A DNA stretch of 58,382 nucleotides, the filler included, from Sandaracinaceae bacterium (GTDB lineage Bacteria > Myxococcota_A > Polyangia > Polyangiales > JADJQN01): assembly GCA_947483975.1 (NCBI GenBank). It is 4 parts of 4 records of this genome, joined end to end, with 100 filler letters (N's around TTAATTAATTAA, not from the genome) between each part and the next. Parts side by side here need not be neighbours in the genome. Positions count along the whole stretch, not along the records: positions 29,473 to 43,931 come from CANKOL010000110.1; positions 44,032 to 58,382 come from CANKOL010000111.1; 2 more parts are not named here. One strand, written 5' to 3'. A program made the position numbers and the translations under genes. Below the pieces are notes generated by a model that was given only the letters and a program-made list of their open reading frames with translations, had not been told where the DNA came from and did no database searches. Below are positions 35,503-44,241 of the stretch, piece after piece (the first letter of the stretch is position 1; each line of letters opens with the position of its first letter).

Positions 35503-35540
35503 GTCGGCGGGTCGGCGTGTCGGCGTCGGCGCCCGCCGAC
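35503..35540. terminator. Hairpin between convergent genes (GTCGGCGGG...CCCGCCGAC) containing four GTCGGCG copies
   Basis: 9-bp stem; lies between the kinase stop and the YdeI-like stop. Confidence 0.35.
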
Positions 35541-35541
35541 C

Positions 35542-36120
35542 TCAATCATCCAGCCCGAGGCCCTTCAAGATCCGCGGCGCGTGCTTGTCGATCCGGGCCT
35601 CGCGCGTCTCGGCTCGCTTGGCGCCGGCCACCTGCAGAATGTACGCGCGCTGTCGGCCGGGCGTCAGCGCGGCGAAGGCGTGCTTCAGGGCGGGGTCGCC
35701 GTCGAGCCTCGCCCGGAGCTCGTCGGGCATCGCAAACTCCGAGGTCTTCTTGAGCTCGACCTTCAGGCCCGCCTTCTCCACCTCGATCGCCTCGCGCACA
35801 TAGGTCATCAACGCCTTCTCGAGCTTGGCGATCTCCTTCACCTCGGTGAAGCGGACCTGCCGCGCCGACTGTACGTGCTCGGTCTGCTGCACGAGGATGC
35901 CCGTCGGATCTTTCAAGAGCGCGCCCTTGTGGAAGAGCAGGGCGCAGTAGTCCTTGAAGCCGTGGATCAGCACGACGTTCTTGCCTTCGAACGTGTAGCA
36001 AGGCTTGCCCCACTTCAGCTCCTCGCTGAGGCCGGTGGCGAGGATGAGCTGCCGCAGCGCGCGGTACTCCGCCTGCCACTGTTTCGCGTTGCTGAAGAAG
36101 GCCCCTACATCGTCGTCCAT
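35542..36120 (-). CDS. YdeI/OmpD-associated family protein (DUF1801 + OmdA-like)
   Basis: EELKWGKPCYT, IHGFKDYCALLFHKGALLKDP, QSARQ.RF, FAALTPGRQRAY, RILKGLGLDD; GGAGG SD. Confidence 0.88.
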   Translation of the reverse strand: MDDDVGAFFSNAKQWQAEYRALRQLILATGLSEELKWGKPCYTFEGKNVVLIHGFKDYCALLFHKGALLKDPTGILVQQTEHVQSARQVRFTEVKEIAKLEKALMTYVREAIEVEKAGLKVELKKTSEFAMPDELRARLDGDPALKHAFAALTPGRQRAYILQVAGAKRAETREARIDKHAPRILKGLGLDD

Positions 36121-36188
36121 CGCGCCGACCTCCCAGAAGGAGCCCAAGGGTACGCGCCAATTCCCCGCGGCCAATCGGATCGACGCGC

Positions 36189-36320
36189 TCAGGCGGGGCC
36201 GGAGCGTTGGGCGCCGAGCTCCGGGGACCGGTCCAGCGCGAGCAGGCTGGCCTCGGGAAACGCGCTCGCCAGCGCGGCGGTCGCCGTGCCGGGCCCGCAG
36301 CCGATGTCCGCGATGCGGTG
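36189..36320 (-). pseudogene. Fragment of a class I SAM-dependent methyltransferase
   Basis: Manual translation HRIADIGCGPGTATAALASAFPEASLLALDRSPELGAQRSGPA* shows motifs I and II only, with no in-frame start codon. Confidence 0.65.
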
Positions 36321-36392
36321 GGATGACCGTTTCCCGTGCGCCGACCTAGCACCCTGCGGAGGCCTCGAACGCCAGGCGTAGACAGGGCGGCG

Positions 36393-37154
36393 CTACGGGG
36401 CAGCGAGGCGCGCGAGGGCGAGGGTGCAGGCGAGCGTGACGATCGCGCCGACGACGAACGTCCCGATCAGGACCCGCCTCATGTGCCGACTCAGCGTGCC
36501 GACGAGGCTGAGCGCCTGCTCGCGCTGGGCGACGGCGTAGGTCTCGCGAGCGTACAGCTCGACCGCCTGGCGCGCGTGCTCGACCCGACTGACCAGGTTC
36601 GCCACGCCGCAGTACGCGCAGGGGACGACGGCGCCGACGTCGTGGACGACAGGCGCCAGGCAGACTCGGCAGGTCCAGCCGCCGGTCGTGCCAGGCGCGG
36701 GGCGCGCCGCGAGCAGCCCGCGCACGGTCGCGCGGTAGCGTCGGCGACCGGCGAGGAGCGACGCCGAGAAGCCCGCGGCGATCGTGCCCGGCACCATCAA
36801 GACGAGGAACGCGAGCGGCGCGCTGAAGGACTGGCTGCGCAGCGTCGCGGCGACGACCACGAGCGCGGCGGGCAGCAGGCCGACGCAGCCCCAGAACGTG
36901 AGCACTCGTCGCAGGCCCTCGGGGCCCTCGAAGATCCGCACGTAGCCGAGCTCGGCGGAGCTGACGACCTGCCGCTGTCGGGCCGCGCGCAGCACGCGCG
37001 CGTGGAGCATCGCGAGGCGCTCGGCCGTCGGCTTGGGCAGCGACTCGCTGCGACCGCAGTGGTCGCAGCGCGCGACCATGCCGTCGTCGACCACCATCGG
37101 AGCGCCGCAGTGGTCGCACAGCGCGACGGTCGCCTGTCGCGCCTCGGAGCTCAT
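36393..37154 (-). CDS. Hypothetical membrane protein with two CxxC...CxxC zinc-ribbon motifs
   Basis: CDHCGAP..CDHCG; two TM helices; CRVCLAP..CAYCG; C-terminal TM helix. Confidence 0.7.
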   Translation of the reverse strand: MSSEARQATVALCDHCGAPMVVDDGMVARCDHCGRSESLPKPTAERLAMLHARVLRAARQRQVVSSAELGYVRIFEGPEGLRRVLTFWGCVGLLPAALVVVAATLRSQSFSAPLAFLVLMVPGTIAAGFSASLLAGRRRYRATVRGLLAARPAPGTTGGWTCRVCLAPVVHDVGAVVPCAYCGVANLVSRVEHARQAVELYARETYAVAQREQALSLVGTLSRHMRRVLIGTFVVGAIVTLACTLALARLAAP

Positions 37155-37894
37155 TTGGAGACCGCCGCGGCGGCGACGAGCAGCTCGCGGACGCGCACGT
37201 GCACCGGGATGGCCGCGAGGTACGCGCCCGGGCTCATCCCCGCCGCGAGCCGCCCGGTCAGGCCGCCCTGCGCCGCGCGGAGGTTGCTGTGCTCCGGATC
37301 CGAGAGCACGACGCCCTCCGGGCTGACCACGAGGTCGACCTCCAGCGCCGCGAGGAGCCGCTCGCGGAGCTCCTGATTGCCGAACACGCGCCGCACGTCC
37401 GTGGTCGCCGGCGCGTACACCGCGAAGCGCCTGTCGAGCTCGGCATCACCCGTCGGCACCGGCCCGGGATAGACCTGCTTCCAGCTGCGGCTGCGGCCGG
37501 TGACCGCGGTCGCGAGCGCGCCAGTGAGGCTCGGCAGCAGCGCGCGATCGACGAGCTGCCAGCTCGCGCGGAGCGGCGTCTCGGCGCGCACCGACCACGA
37601 CGACGTAGTGATGCGCTGCCTGCCGACGTGACGCCTCTGGGACTGATAGCGAAGCACGCCCAGCCCGACGATGGGCACGACGAAGTCCTCCTCGTGGAGC
37701 TTCAGGTGGCGATGCGTGAGCTGCGCCTCCAGCCCAGCGTTGGCGACCGCGGGGTATCGGTAGTCCGTCTGCTCGAAGAACGCGCGCCGCGCGGACTCCC
37801 ACGCGGGCGCGTTCGCGCGCGCCCGGACCAGGATCACGACGAACGCGACGACGAAGACCGTCAGGAAGAGTCCGATGATGGCGAGCCACAGCAT
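37151..37894 (-). CDS. Hypothetical protein with an N-terminal membrane anchor
   Basis: MLWLAIIGLFLTVFVVAFVVILV; TGDAELDRRFAVY segment; its stop overlaps the next gene's start. Confidence 0.7.
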   Translation of the reverse strand: MLWLAIIGLFLTVFVVAFVVILVRARANAPAWESARRAFFEQTDYRYPAVANAGLEAQLTHRHLKLHEEDFVVPIVGLGVLRYQSQRRHVGRQRITTSSWSVRAETPLRASWQLVDRALLPSLTGALATAVTGRSRSWKQVYPGPVPTGDAELDRRFAVYAPATTDVRRVFGNQELRERLLAALEVDLVVSPEGVVLSDPEHSNLRAAQGGLTGRLAAGMSPGAYLAAIPVHVRVRELLVAAAAVSK

Positions 37895-38081
37895 GGCGGG
37901 GTCTACGGCGGACGCCGTCAGTCCGCCAGCGTGAGCCACCGCCCGGCCAGGCTCACCATCAGCCGCTGTCCGGTGCGCTCTTGAGCGGTCGTCGCTGTCG
38001 CCGCGCGAATGCTCCTCGCGCTACCATCCGCCGCGCGCGCGAGGTGGTACGGCCCTGCGCAACATCCACGGAGGCACTCTC

Positions 38082-38642
38082 ATGCGGCTCGGACTCGGTC
38101 TCTTGGCGCTCGCGGCCGTGCTCGTCATTGCGCCGCAAGACGCGTTGGCTCGTCGCTGCGGGGGCGTCAGCATGCCGGCCTCTGTGGAGGTCGATGGTCA
38201 GACGCTCGTGCTGAACGGCATGGGCATCCGCGAAGCGACGGTGTTCAGCCTCGACGTCTTCGTGGCCGGGCTCTACCTGCCGGCGACGAGCACCGATGGA
38301 GACGCCATCATCCGCGGGCGCGGGCTCAAGCGGCTAGTGCTGCGCTTCGTGCGAGCTGTGCCGCGCGACGGGCTCGCGAGCGGTCTCAACGACGCCTTTG
38401 GCCCGAGCCTCGCGGGTCAGATCACACGCTTCACCGCCATGCTGCCCGCAGAGCTCACGGAGGGGACCGTCATCACGCTCACCTATCGACCCGACGCGGG
38501 GCTCGAGGTGCAGGTCGGAGGGCGGCTCCGCGGCGTGATCTCAGGCGACGCGTTCGCGGGCGCGTTCTTTCGATTCCTCATCGGGCCCAACCCGCCCAAC
38601 AGAGGACTCAAGCGAGGACTCCTCGGCGGACAGTGCGGCTGA
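38082..38642 (+). CDS. Exported chalcone-isomerase-like protein
   Basis: Signal peptide; GV.MP..V.VDG.TLVLNG.G.R..TVF..DV.V.GLYL pattern; G..P....LK..LLG end; GGAGG SD. Confidence 0.82.
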   Translation: MRLGLGLLALAAVLVIAPQDALARRCGGVSMPASVEVDGQTLVLNGMGIREATVFSLDVFVAGLYLPATSTDGDAIIRGRGLKRLVLRFVRAVPRDGLASGLNDAFGPSLAGQITRFTAMLPAELTEGTVITLTYRPDAGLEVQVGGRLRGVISGDAFAGAFFRFLIGPNPPNRGLKRGLLGGQCG

Positions 38643-38687
38643 CGGCCCCGCATCCGCTCAGCGAACGCACGCCTCAGCGCGCGCCGC

Positions 38688-39575
38688 TCAAGCCCCGCGC
38701 AGCTTGCCGAGCACTTCGTCGAGCCGGCTCGCAGCGACGCTGACGCGCGTCGGCATCCCGCCCTCGATGCCGAGGAGCGCGAGCAGATCGACGCCGCTGT
38801 CGAAGCGCGCCGCCGCCGTCACGCTCGCGTCGTCGTGCACGACGCTGATGCGCGCGCGCTCTTGCCCGAGCATCAAGAGCAGCGTCTTGTCGTAGGACGA
38901 GCCCGCGAGCCCGCGCGTGTCGACGACGGCGAGGCCGTGCTCGACGACGTACTTGCGCGCGAGCTGCCGCGCCTCGTCCTCGAGCGCGCGCACCTCGTCG
39001 GCGATCTTGCGCAGGTCCGCCCAGAGCCCGCCGTCCTCCGCGCCGCCCGCGAGAAAGCGCACGATCAGCCCGCGCAGCCCGTCCTCGCGAGGGCGCGCGC
39101 GGATCGCGCGGTCGATCACCGCGGCGCGCTCGCTCGCCGTGCCGAGGCGCGTGTCGATCGCGTGCGCGTCGGCGTCTGCGCCCGCGTACGGCTCGACGCC
39201 GCCGCGGATCCACTTGGCCGCGCAGCAGAGCCCGTCGAAGTCCGTGTGACAGACGATCGAGTCGATCAGCCCGGTGTCCGCGACGAGCGCCGGCGTGACC
39301 ATCTCGGGGCACGCGCCGTGCTCTGCCTTGGTCGCGAGCACGAAGCGCGGATCGTGCGCGTATTCGGCGTGCAGCACGTGATCGTGGTGATCGACCCAAC
39401 GCGCGAGGCGCGCCCCGAGCCCGTCGATGAACGGCTTGGTCGTCTTCACGAAGCTCGCGCCGCCCGTCCCCGCGGCGAAGGCGATGTCGAGCACCACGAC
39501 GCGACCGGGGACGTCCTTCGCCTTCGGGAGCTTGCGCGGCGAGGCGTAAGCGAGAAACGGAAAGCGCTGCGTCAT
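38688..39575 (-). CDS. Putative DHH-superfamily phosphoesterase with rearranged motif order
   Basis: VVVLDIAF, WVDHHD, CHTDFDG, AIDTR, and a small C-terminal domain containing GG. Confidence 0.65.
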   Translation of the reverse strand: MTQRFPFLAYASPRKLPKAKDVPGRVVVLDIAFAAGTGGASFVKTTKPFIDGLGARLARWVDHHDHVLHAEYAHDPRFVLATKAEHGACPEMVTPALVADTGLIDSIVCHTDFDGLCCAAKWIRGGVEPYAGADADAHAIDTRLGTASERAAVIDRAIRARPREDGLRGLIVRFLAGGAEDGGLWADLRKIADEVRALEDEARQLARKYVVEHGLAVVDTRGLAGSSYDKTLLLMLGQERARISVVHDDASVTAAARFDSGVDLLALLGIEGGMPTRVSVAASRLDEVLGKLRGA

Positions 39576-39680
39576 GCGCGCGTAACGTGCGGATACGAGG
39601 CACCTCGCGCAAGGAGCGCGCGGCCGGAGGCGCGGTGGGGAGTTGACGCGCGCGCACTCGCGAACGACGTTAGGCGCACG

Positions 39681-40451
39681 ATGTGCGGTCGCTTCTCGAC
39701 GAACACGAGCCTCGGCTCGCTGCTGACGCTGCTCGGCGTCGATGGCGCCGCGGTGCCGCTGTCCGACCTGATCGCCGCGCGCGACGATGTCCGCCCGAGC
39801 GAGCCGATCGCCGTCGTCGCCAACCGCGTGACCGACGCGGCGCACCCGCGGCACGTCGAGCTGTTCACCTGGGGCCTCGTGCCGTTCTGGTCACGCGGTC
39901 GGGCCGACGCGCCGCGCCCGATCAACCTCCGCGCTGAGACGCTCCTCGAGCGCCGCTCGTTCCGTAGCCTGCTCGTGCGGCAGCGCGCGCTCGTGCCCGC
40001 GGCGGGCTTCTACGAGTGGAAGAAGCCCGAGAGCGCCGCGAAGAGGGCGAAGAAGACGCCGTACTTCCTGCACCGCGCCGATGGGCAGCCGATGGCGCTC
40101 GCCGCCGTGTGGGAGACGCAGACGGATCCCGACACCGGCGCGCGCACGCAGACCTGCGCCCTGATCACGACGGAGCCGAGCGCCGAGGTGCGCGAGGTGC
40201 ACGACCGGATGCCGGTGCTGCTCGAGCCAGCGCACTTCGAGCGCTGGCTCACCGCGAACGACGCCGAGCCCGAGGCGCTGCGCGCGCTGCTCCGCCCCGC
40301 TCCCGACGGCACGCTCGCGCTCGAGCGTCTCGCCGCTTCTCCCGGTCAGCCTGCGCAACCCGCCTCGCCTGCTGCGCCCGCCGCACAGCTAGGCCTCTTC
40401 GACACCCAATCCTTTACGTCGCGCAAGGGATCGCGATACTCGCGCCCCTGA
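39681..40451 (+). CDS. SOS response-associated peptidase (SRAP/YedK/HMCES family, abasic-site processing)
   Basis: N-terminal MCGRF, WGLVPFW, IN.RAET, GFYEW, HDRMPV. Confidence 0.92.
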   Translation: MCGRFSTNTSLGSLLTLLGVDGAAVPLSDLIAARDDVRPSEPIAVVANRVTDAAHPRHVELFTWGLVPFWSRGRADAPRPINLRAETLLERRSFRSLLVRQRALVPAAGFYEWKKPESAAKRAKKTPYFLHRADGQPMALAAVWETQTDPDTGARTQTCALITTEPSAEVREVHDRMPVLLEPAHFERWLTANDAEPEALRALLRPAPDGTLALERLAASPGQPAQPASPAAPAAQLGLFDTQSFTSRKGSRYSRP

Positions 40452-41644
40452 TGTCCGCGCCAGGCACCCCGGCAGCACGGTCGGCACTGCGCCGCTTCTT
40501 CGCGCTCGACCCGCTCGACAACCGCTATCCGGCGCTCCACGGCGTGCGCTTCTTCGCGATCATCAGCGTCGTGCAGTACCACGTCACCGGCGTCTTCGGC
40601 CGGATGCACGGCCCCGCGATCGCGCCAGAGCACGCGAACGCGTCCACGCGGATCTTCTTCGGGATGGACCTGTTCTTCGTCCTCAGCGGCTTCCTGATCG
40701 GCTCGATCTTGCTCTACGCGCTCGATCAGCACGGTCGGCAGAACGTCCCGCGCTTCTATCTTCGCCGGATGTTCCGGACGTTCCCGCCTTACTACGTCGT
40801 GCTCACGCTCCTCGCGCTCAGCCGGAAGCTGAACGCGGCGGAGCTGCACAATCTGCCCTTCGAGTATGTCTATCTGACCAACTGGACCAAGCTCGCGAGC
40901 AGCGAGCTCGTGATGGGCTGGGGCTGGTCGCTCAGCCTCGAGGAGCAGTTCTACCTCGTCGTGCCGCTGCTCTTCTGGCTGCTCTATCGCCTCCCGAGCG
41001 ACCGCGCGCGCGTCTGGTTCCTCGTCGGGCTCTGGTCCCTCGGCTTCCTGGTCCGGCTCGGCATCTGGTGGTCGCAGCCGACGTGGACGAGCGAGGACTT
41101 CATGCACGCGACGTACTTCCGCACGTACACGCGCTTCGACACGATCGTCTGCGGCATCCTCCTCGCGTTCGTGGAGCTCCGCTACGGCGACGCCATCGGT
41201 CGCTGGCTCACGCACCCCTTTCATCGCGCGCTCCTCGCGCTGCCGGCGCTCGCGTGCCTCTGGGTGCTGCTCAGCCCGACGATGATCGACGGCGAGTACG
41301 CGCTCTTCGCGCGCATCTTCATCTGGGGCTCCGTGCCGAGCGCGATGTACTTCTGCGCGCTCTTGCTCTTGCTGCACAGCGACGGCGCCATCGCGCGCTT
41401 TCTCTCGGCGCCGCTCTTTCGTCGGCTCGCGACGCTCGGCTACGGCGTCTATCTCGTGCACGTGCCGGTGCTCGAGCGGCTGATGCCGCTCGCGAAGGCG
41501 CTCGGCGCGCGGGGCTGGCCAAGCTCCCTCATCTGGTGGCTCGCGCTCGTCGCCGTGATGCTGCTCGCGCTCAGCGTCGGCTACGTCATGCACATCCTGA
41601 TCGAGAAGCCCGCGCTGCGCCTCCGGCAGCGGCTCGCCGGCTGA
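40451..41644 (+). CDS. Acyltransferase family 3 (OafA/YrhL-like) membrane O-acyltransferase
   Basis: LHGVRFFAI..V..YH, GMDLFFVLSGFLI, FYLRR.FR..P.YY, WSLSLEEQFY, YGVYLVH, IEKP; TGATG coupling to the SRAP gene. Confidence 0.9.
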   Translation: MSAPGTPAARSALRRFFALDPLDNRYPALHGVRFFAIISVVQYHVTGVFGRMHGPAIAPEHANASTRIFFGMDLFFVLSGFLIGSILLYALDQHGRQNVPRFYLRRMFRTFPPYYVVLTLLALSRKLNAAELHNLPFEYVYLTNWTKLASSELVMGWGWSLSLEEQFYLVVPLLFWLLYRLPSDRARVWFLVGLWSLGFLVRLGIWWSQPTWTSEDFMHATYFRTYTRFDTIVCGILLAFVELRYGDAIGRWLTHPFHRALLALPALACLWVLLSPTMIDGEYALFARIFIWGSVPSAMYFCALLLLLHSDGAIARFLSAPLFRRLATLGYGVYLVHVPVLERLMPLAKALGARGWPSSLIWWLALVAVMLLALSVGYVMHILIEKPALRLRQRLAG

Positions 41645-41671
41645 GCGCGTCGGCGCGCGGGCGCTGTGGGC

Positions 41672-43483
41672 TCACGGATCGAACGGCATCCCCATGCCCT
41701 CCGCGGGGGGCGGCGCTGGCGTGTACCCGGCGCCCGTCTCGGTGACCCAGGTGAGCGGCGAAGCGTCGAGGTCGTGATCGAACTCGAACTGCATGATGCG
41801 CGGCCGCGTACCCGTCAGCGCGAGGACCGTCCCGCGCGCGTGCGGCAGCGTGAGGACCTCGCCGACGGTGAACTCCCTGCGCATGTCGACGTAAATGTTC
41901 GCCTCGCCGAGCAGGATCAGCGTGTCGTTCTGCGCGGCGATCAGCTCGAGCGTGCGCGGACCCCGGCGGAGCGCGAGCGCGTGGCTAGTCTGCGTGAGCA
42001 CGGAGTAGCTCGCGGGCAGCTCGTGTCGCTCGCGATCGAGCGAGAACGCGAGGTGAAACGGGGCGGCGGGCCCGCCGCGCATCACGACGAGGTCCGTGTC
42101 CGCCATCGCGCCGAGCCGCGCGCGGAGCCCGTCGCGCGCCTTGACCGAGTGCTGCGTCGACGCGTGATAAGCGTGCCCCGTCAGCCAGGCGCTCGTCGGG
42201 CCGTGCACGAGGTGCGTGAAGGCGAGCGCGAGCACGGCGAGGCTGGCGAAGCCGCCGAAGCGCCGCCGCGGCTCCGGCGAGAACCACGCGCGCTCGATGA
42301 CGAGCCCGACGACCGCCGCGATGCCGATGACGGCGACCCCGAGCAGGCGCGCCGAGGGCACGACGGCGAGCATCGGCACCACGCTGAGCGTCGAGCCGAG
42401 CAGCAGCCAGCGCAGGTGCACGCGCGTCGGCGCGTCGAGGTCCGCGTGCGTGGGTCGTACGGCGAGCACGACGAGCAAGAGCCCCCACAGCGCGAAGCCG
42501 ACGAAGAACCACTGCCACAGCGACGCGAAGAACGTCTCGCGGTCGAGCGCGAACCAGCCGTCGAGCAGCAGCGCGACGAAGCGCGACGGCGCGAAGCGCA
42601 GGAACGTAGCCGGGTCGTGGAGCGGATCGGCGTAGAAGCCCGAGCCGCTCGCGCCATAGCCGAGCGCCGTACGGAGCCCGAGGTAAGCGAGCAGCGGCAG
42701 CAAGAACGGCAGCGCCCCGAGCGCGCGCCGACCGAGCGCCTCGCGCCGTCGAAACACCTCGAAGGCGACGACGTAGCCCGTGAACGCGAGCCCATATTCG
42801 CCCGCGGCGAGCGCGCCCGTGAAGAGCAGCGCGGCGAGCGCGCCTTGCCGCGGCGACGCCTCCTCGCGCCAGCGCACGTAGGCGAGCAAGCCCGGCAGCC
42901 CAAAGGCGAGCGACACCAGCGCCTCACGGTTCGCCAGCCAGACGAGCGGGATCGCGTGACACGGCGCGAGCGCGAAGATCACGGTCGCGAGCGCCGCCGC
43001 GCGCCCGGGCAGCAAGCGGCGAAAGAGCGCGCGCGCCCCGAAGGCGAGGGCGAGCCACCAGAGAAACGAGTGCGCGTGCTGCGCGAGCGCCGAGTTCCCG
43101 AAGACCGTGTAGTCGCCCCAGCGCAGCACCGACGCGAGCGGTCGGAAGAAGCGGATCGTCAGCGCGGGGTGGGTCCACCAGGGGAGCACGCCGCGCTCGA
43201 GCAGCGCCGCACGGCTCGTGTCGTCGACGAGGTTGTAGAGGTCGTAGGGCGCGCGATGGGCCGGGTAGGTCCCGTAGACCATCGCCGCGTGGACGTCGTC
43301 GTCGAGCGTGAAGTCCGCCTGGAGCGCCGGCCAGAAGCAGAACAGCCCAGCGAGCGCGAGCAGCGCTGGCCCGGCCCACGACGGGATGCGCCGCGTGAAC
43401 CAGCGGACGACCGGAGACTCGCCTGGACTCGGCTCTTGGGGGGCATCGGGAGAACCCTGCGCCGGGGGCGGGAGAATGTTCAT
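41672..43483 (-). CDS. Polytopic membrane protein, probable GT-C-fold glycosyltransferase (TMTC/PMT-like)
   Basis: First TM followed by DFTLDDD, FFRPL, FAL.P.H...LVW.ANRE and many TM helices, plus a soluble C-terminal domain. Confidence 0.65.
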   Translation of the reverse strand: MNILPPPAQGSPDAPQEPSPGESPVVRWFTRRIPSWAGPALLALAGLFCFWPALQADFTLDDDVHAAMVYGTYPAHRAPYDLYNLVDDTSRAALLERGVLPWWTHPALTIRFFRPLASVLRWGDYTVFGNSALAQHAHSFLWWLALAFGARALFRRLLPGRAAALATVIFALAPCHAIPLVWLANREALVSLAFGLPGLLAYVRWREEASPRQGALAALLFTGALAAGEYGLAFTGYVVAFEVFRRREALGRRALGALPFLLPLLAYLGLRTALGYGASGSGFYADPLHDPATFLRFAPSRFVALLLDGWFALDRETFFASLWQWFFVGFALWGLLLVVLAVRPTHADLDAPTRVHLRWLLLGSTLSVVPMLAVVPSARLLGVAVIGIAAVVGLVIERAWFSPEPRRRFGGFASLAVLALAFTHLVHGPTSAWLTGHAYHASTQHSVKARDGLRARLGAMADTDLVVMRGGPAAPFHLAFSLDRERHELPASYSVLTQTSHALALRRGPRTLELIAAQNDTLILLGEANIYVDMRREFTVGEVLTLPHARGTVLALTGTRPRIMQFEFDHDLDASPLTWVTETGAGYTPAPPPAEGMGMPFDP

Positions 43484-43542
43484 TGAATCGCGTTCAGGGA
43501 CTTGATCGTTTTTACGGCCTGCGGCAGTCTGGCGGAACTGCC

Positions 43543-43931
43543 ATGCAACACGTCAACTTTTCCTTCGCCGTACTTGCGCTCATCGCCCTGCTCGCTGGCT
43601 GCGCTGGTGGCCGTGATGGCCCGCGAACGCCCACGGGCATCGACGGCGGGCCTCGCGATCTCGGGCACGCGGTCGATATGTATGTCCCGGGGCTCGACCT
43701 CGGCGGCGGGATGGTCGATCTCGGCGGAGGGCCGGTCGACCTCGGTCGCGCGGACGCCGGGCGTCGCTGCACGCCGAGCTGCGGGACGGACGCGGATTGC
43801 CAGGCGAGCTGCCCGTCGAACCCGACGCCTTCGCTCCCCGTGTGCTGCGACCGCGGCACCGGCACCTGCTTCAACTCGAGCGTGGCGATGTGCCCGTCGA
43901 GCACGCCGACCGACGGCGGCACGACGATGAG
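43543..43931 (+). CDS. Lipoprotein with DLG low-complexity repeats and a Cys-rich module, truncated at the contig end
   Basis: LAGC lipobox; DLG repeated; CTPSCGTDADCQASC. Confidence 0.65.
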
Positions 43932-44031
43932 NNNNNNNNNNNNNNNNNNNNNNNNNNNNNNNNNNNNNNNNNNNNTTAATTAATTAANNNNNNNNNNNNN
44001 NNNNNNNNNNNNNNNNNNNNNNNNNNNNNNN
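43932..44031. other. Artificial contig spacer
   Basis: 44 N + TTAATTAATTAA + 44 N. Confidence 0.99.
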
Positions 44032-44241
44032 AGCGCGGCGAGCCCGCGCGCCTTGCCGCCGAAGCCCTCCGAGCGGCGGGGAACGATGGTCTCGATGCGC
44101 CTGAGGTGCCGACTCGTCATGAGACGGGGCGAGTCTACTCCGCGCCGGGCCCTGCGCACTCCATCGCCGGCGGGCGCAGATGACTGCGTGCCACAGCCCA
44201 CCAGGCGTTCTATGCTGCGCGACCAGTCCCTCGGGGGTGCG

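Noticed and set aside
30966..37939. Integrative element or prophage
   Set aside because: No integrase, transposase, tRNA target or flanking direct repeats were seen; only the compositional anomaly is supported.
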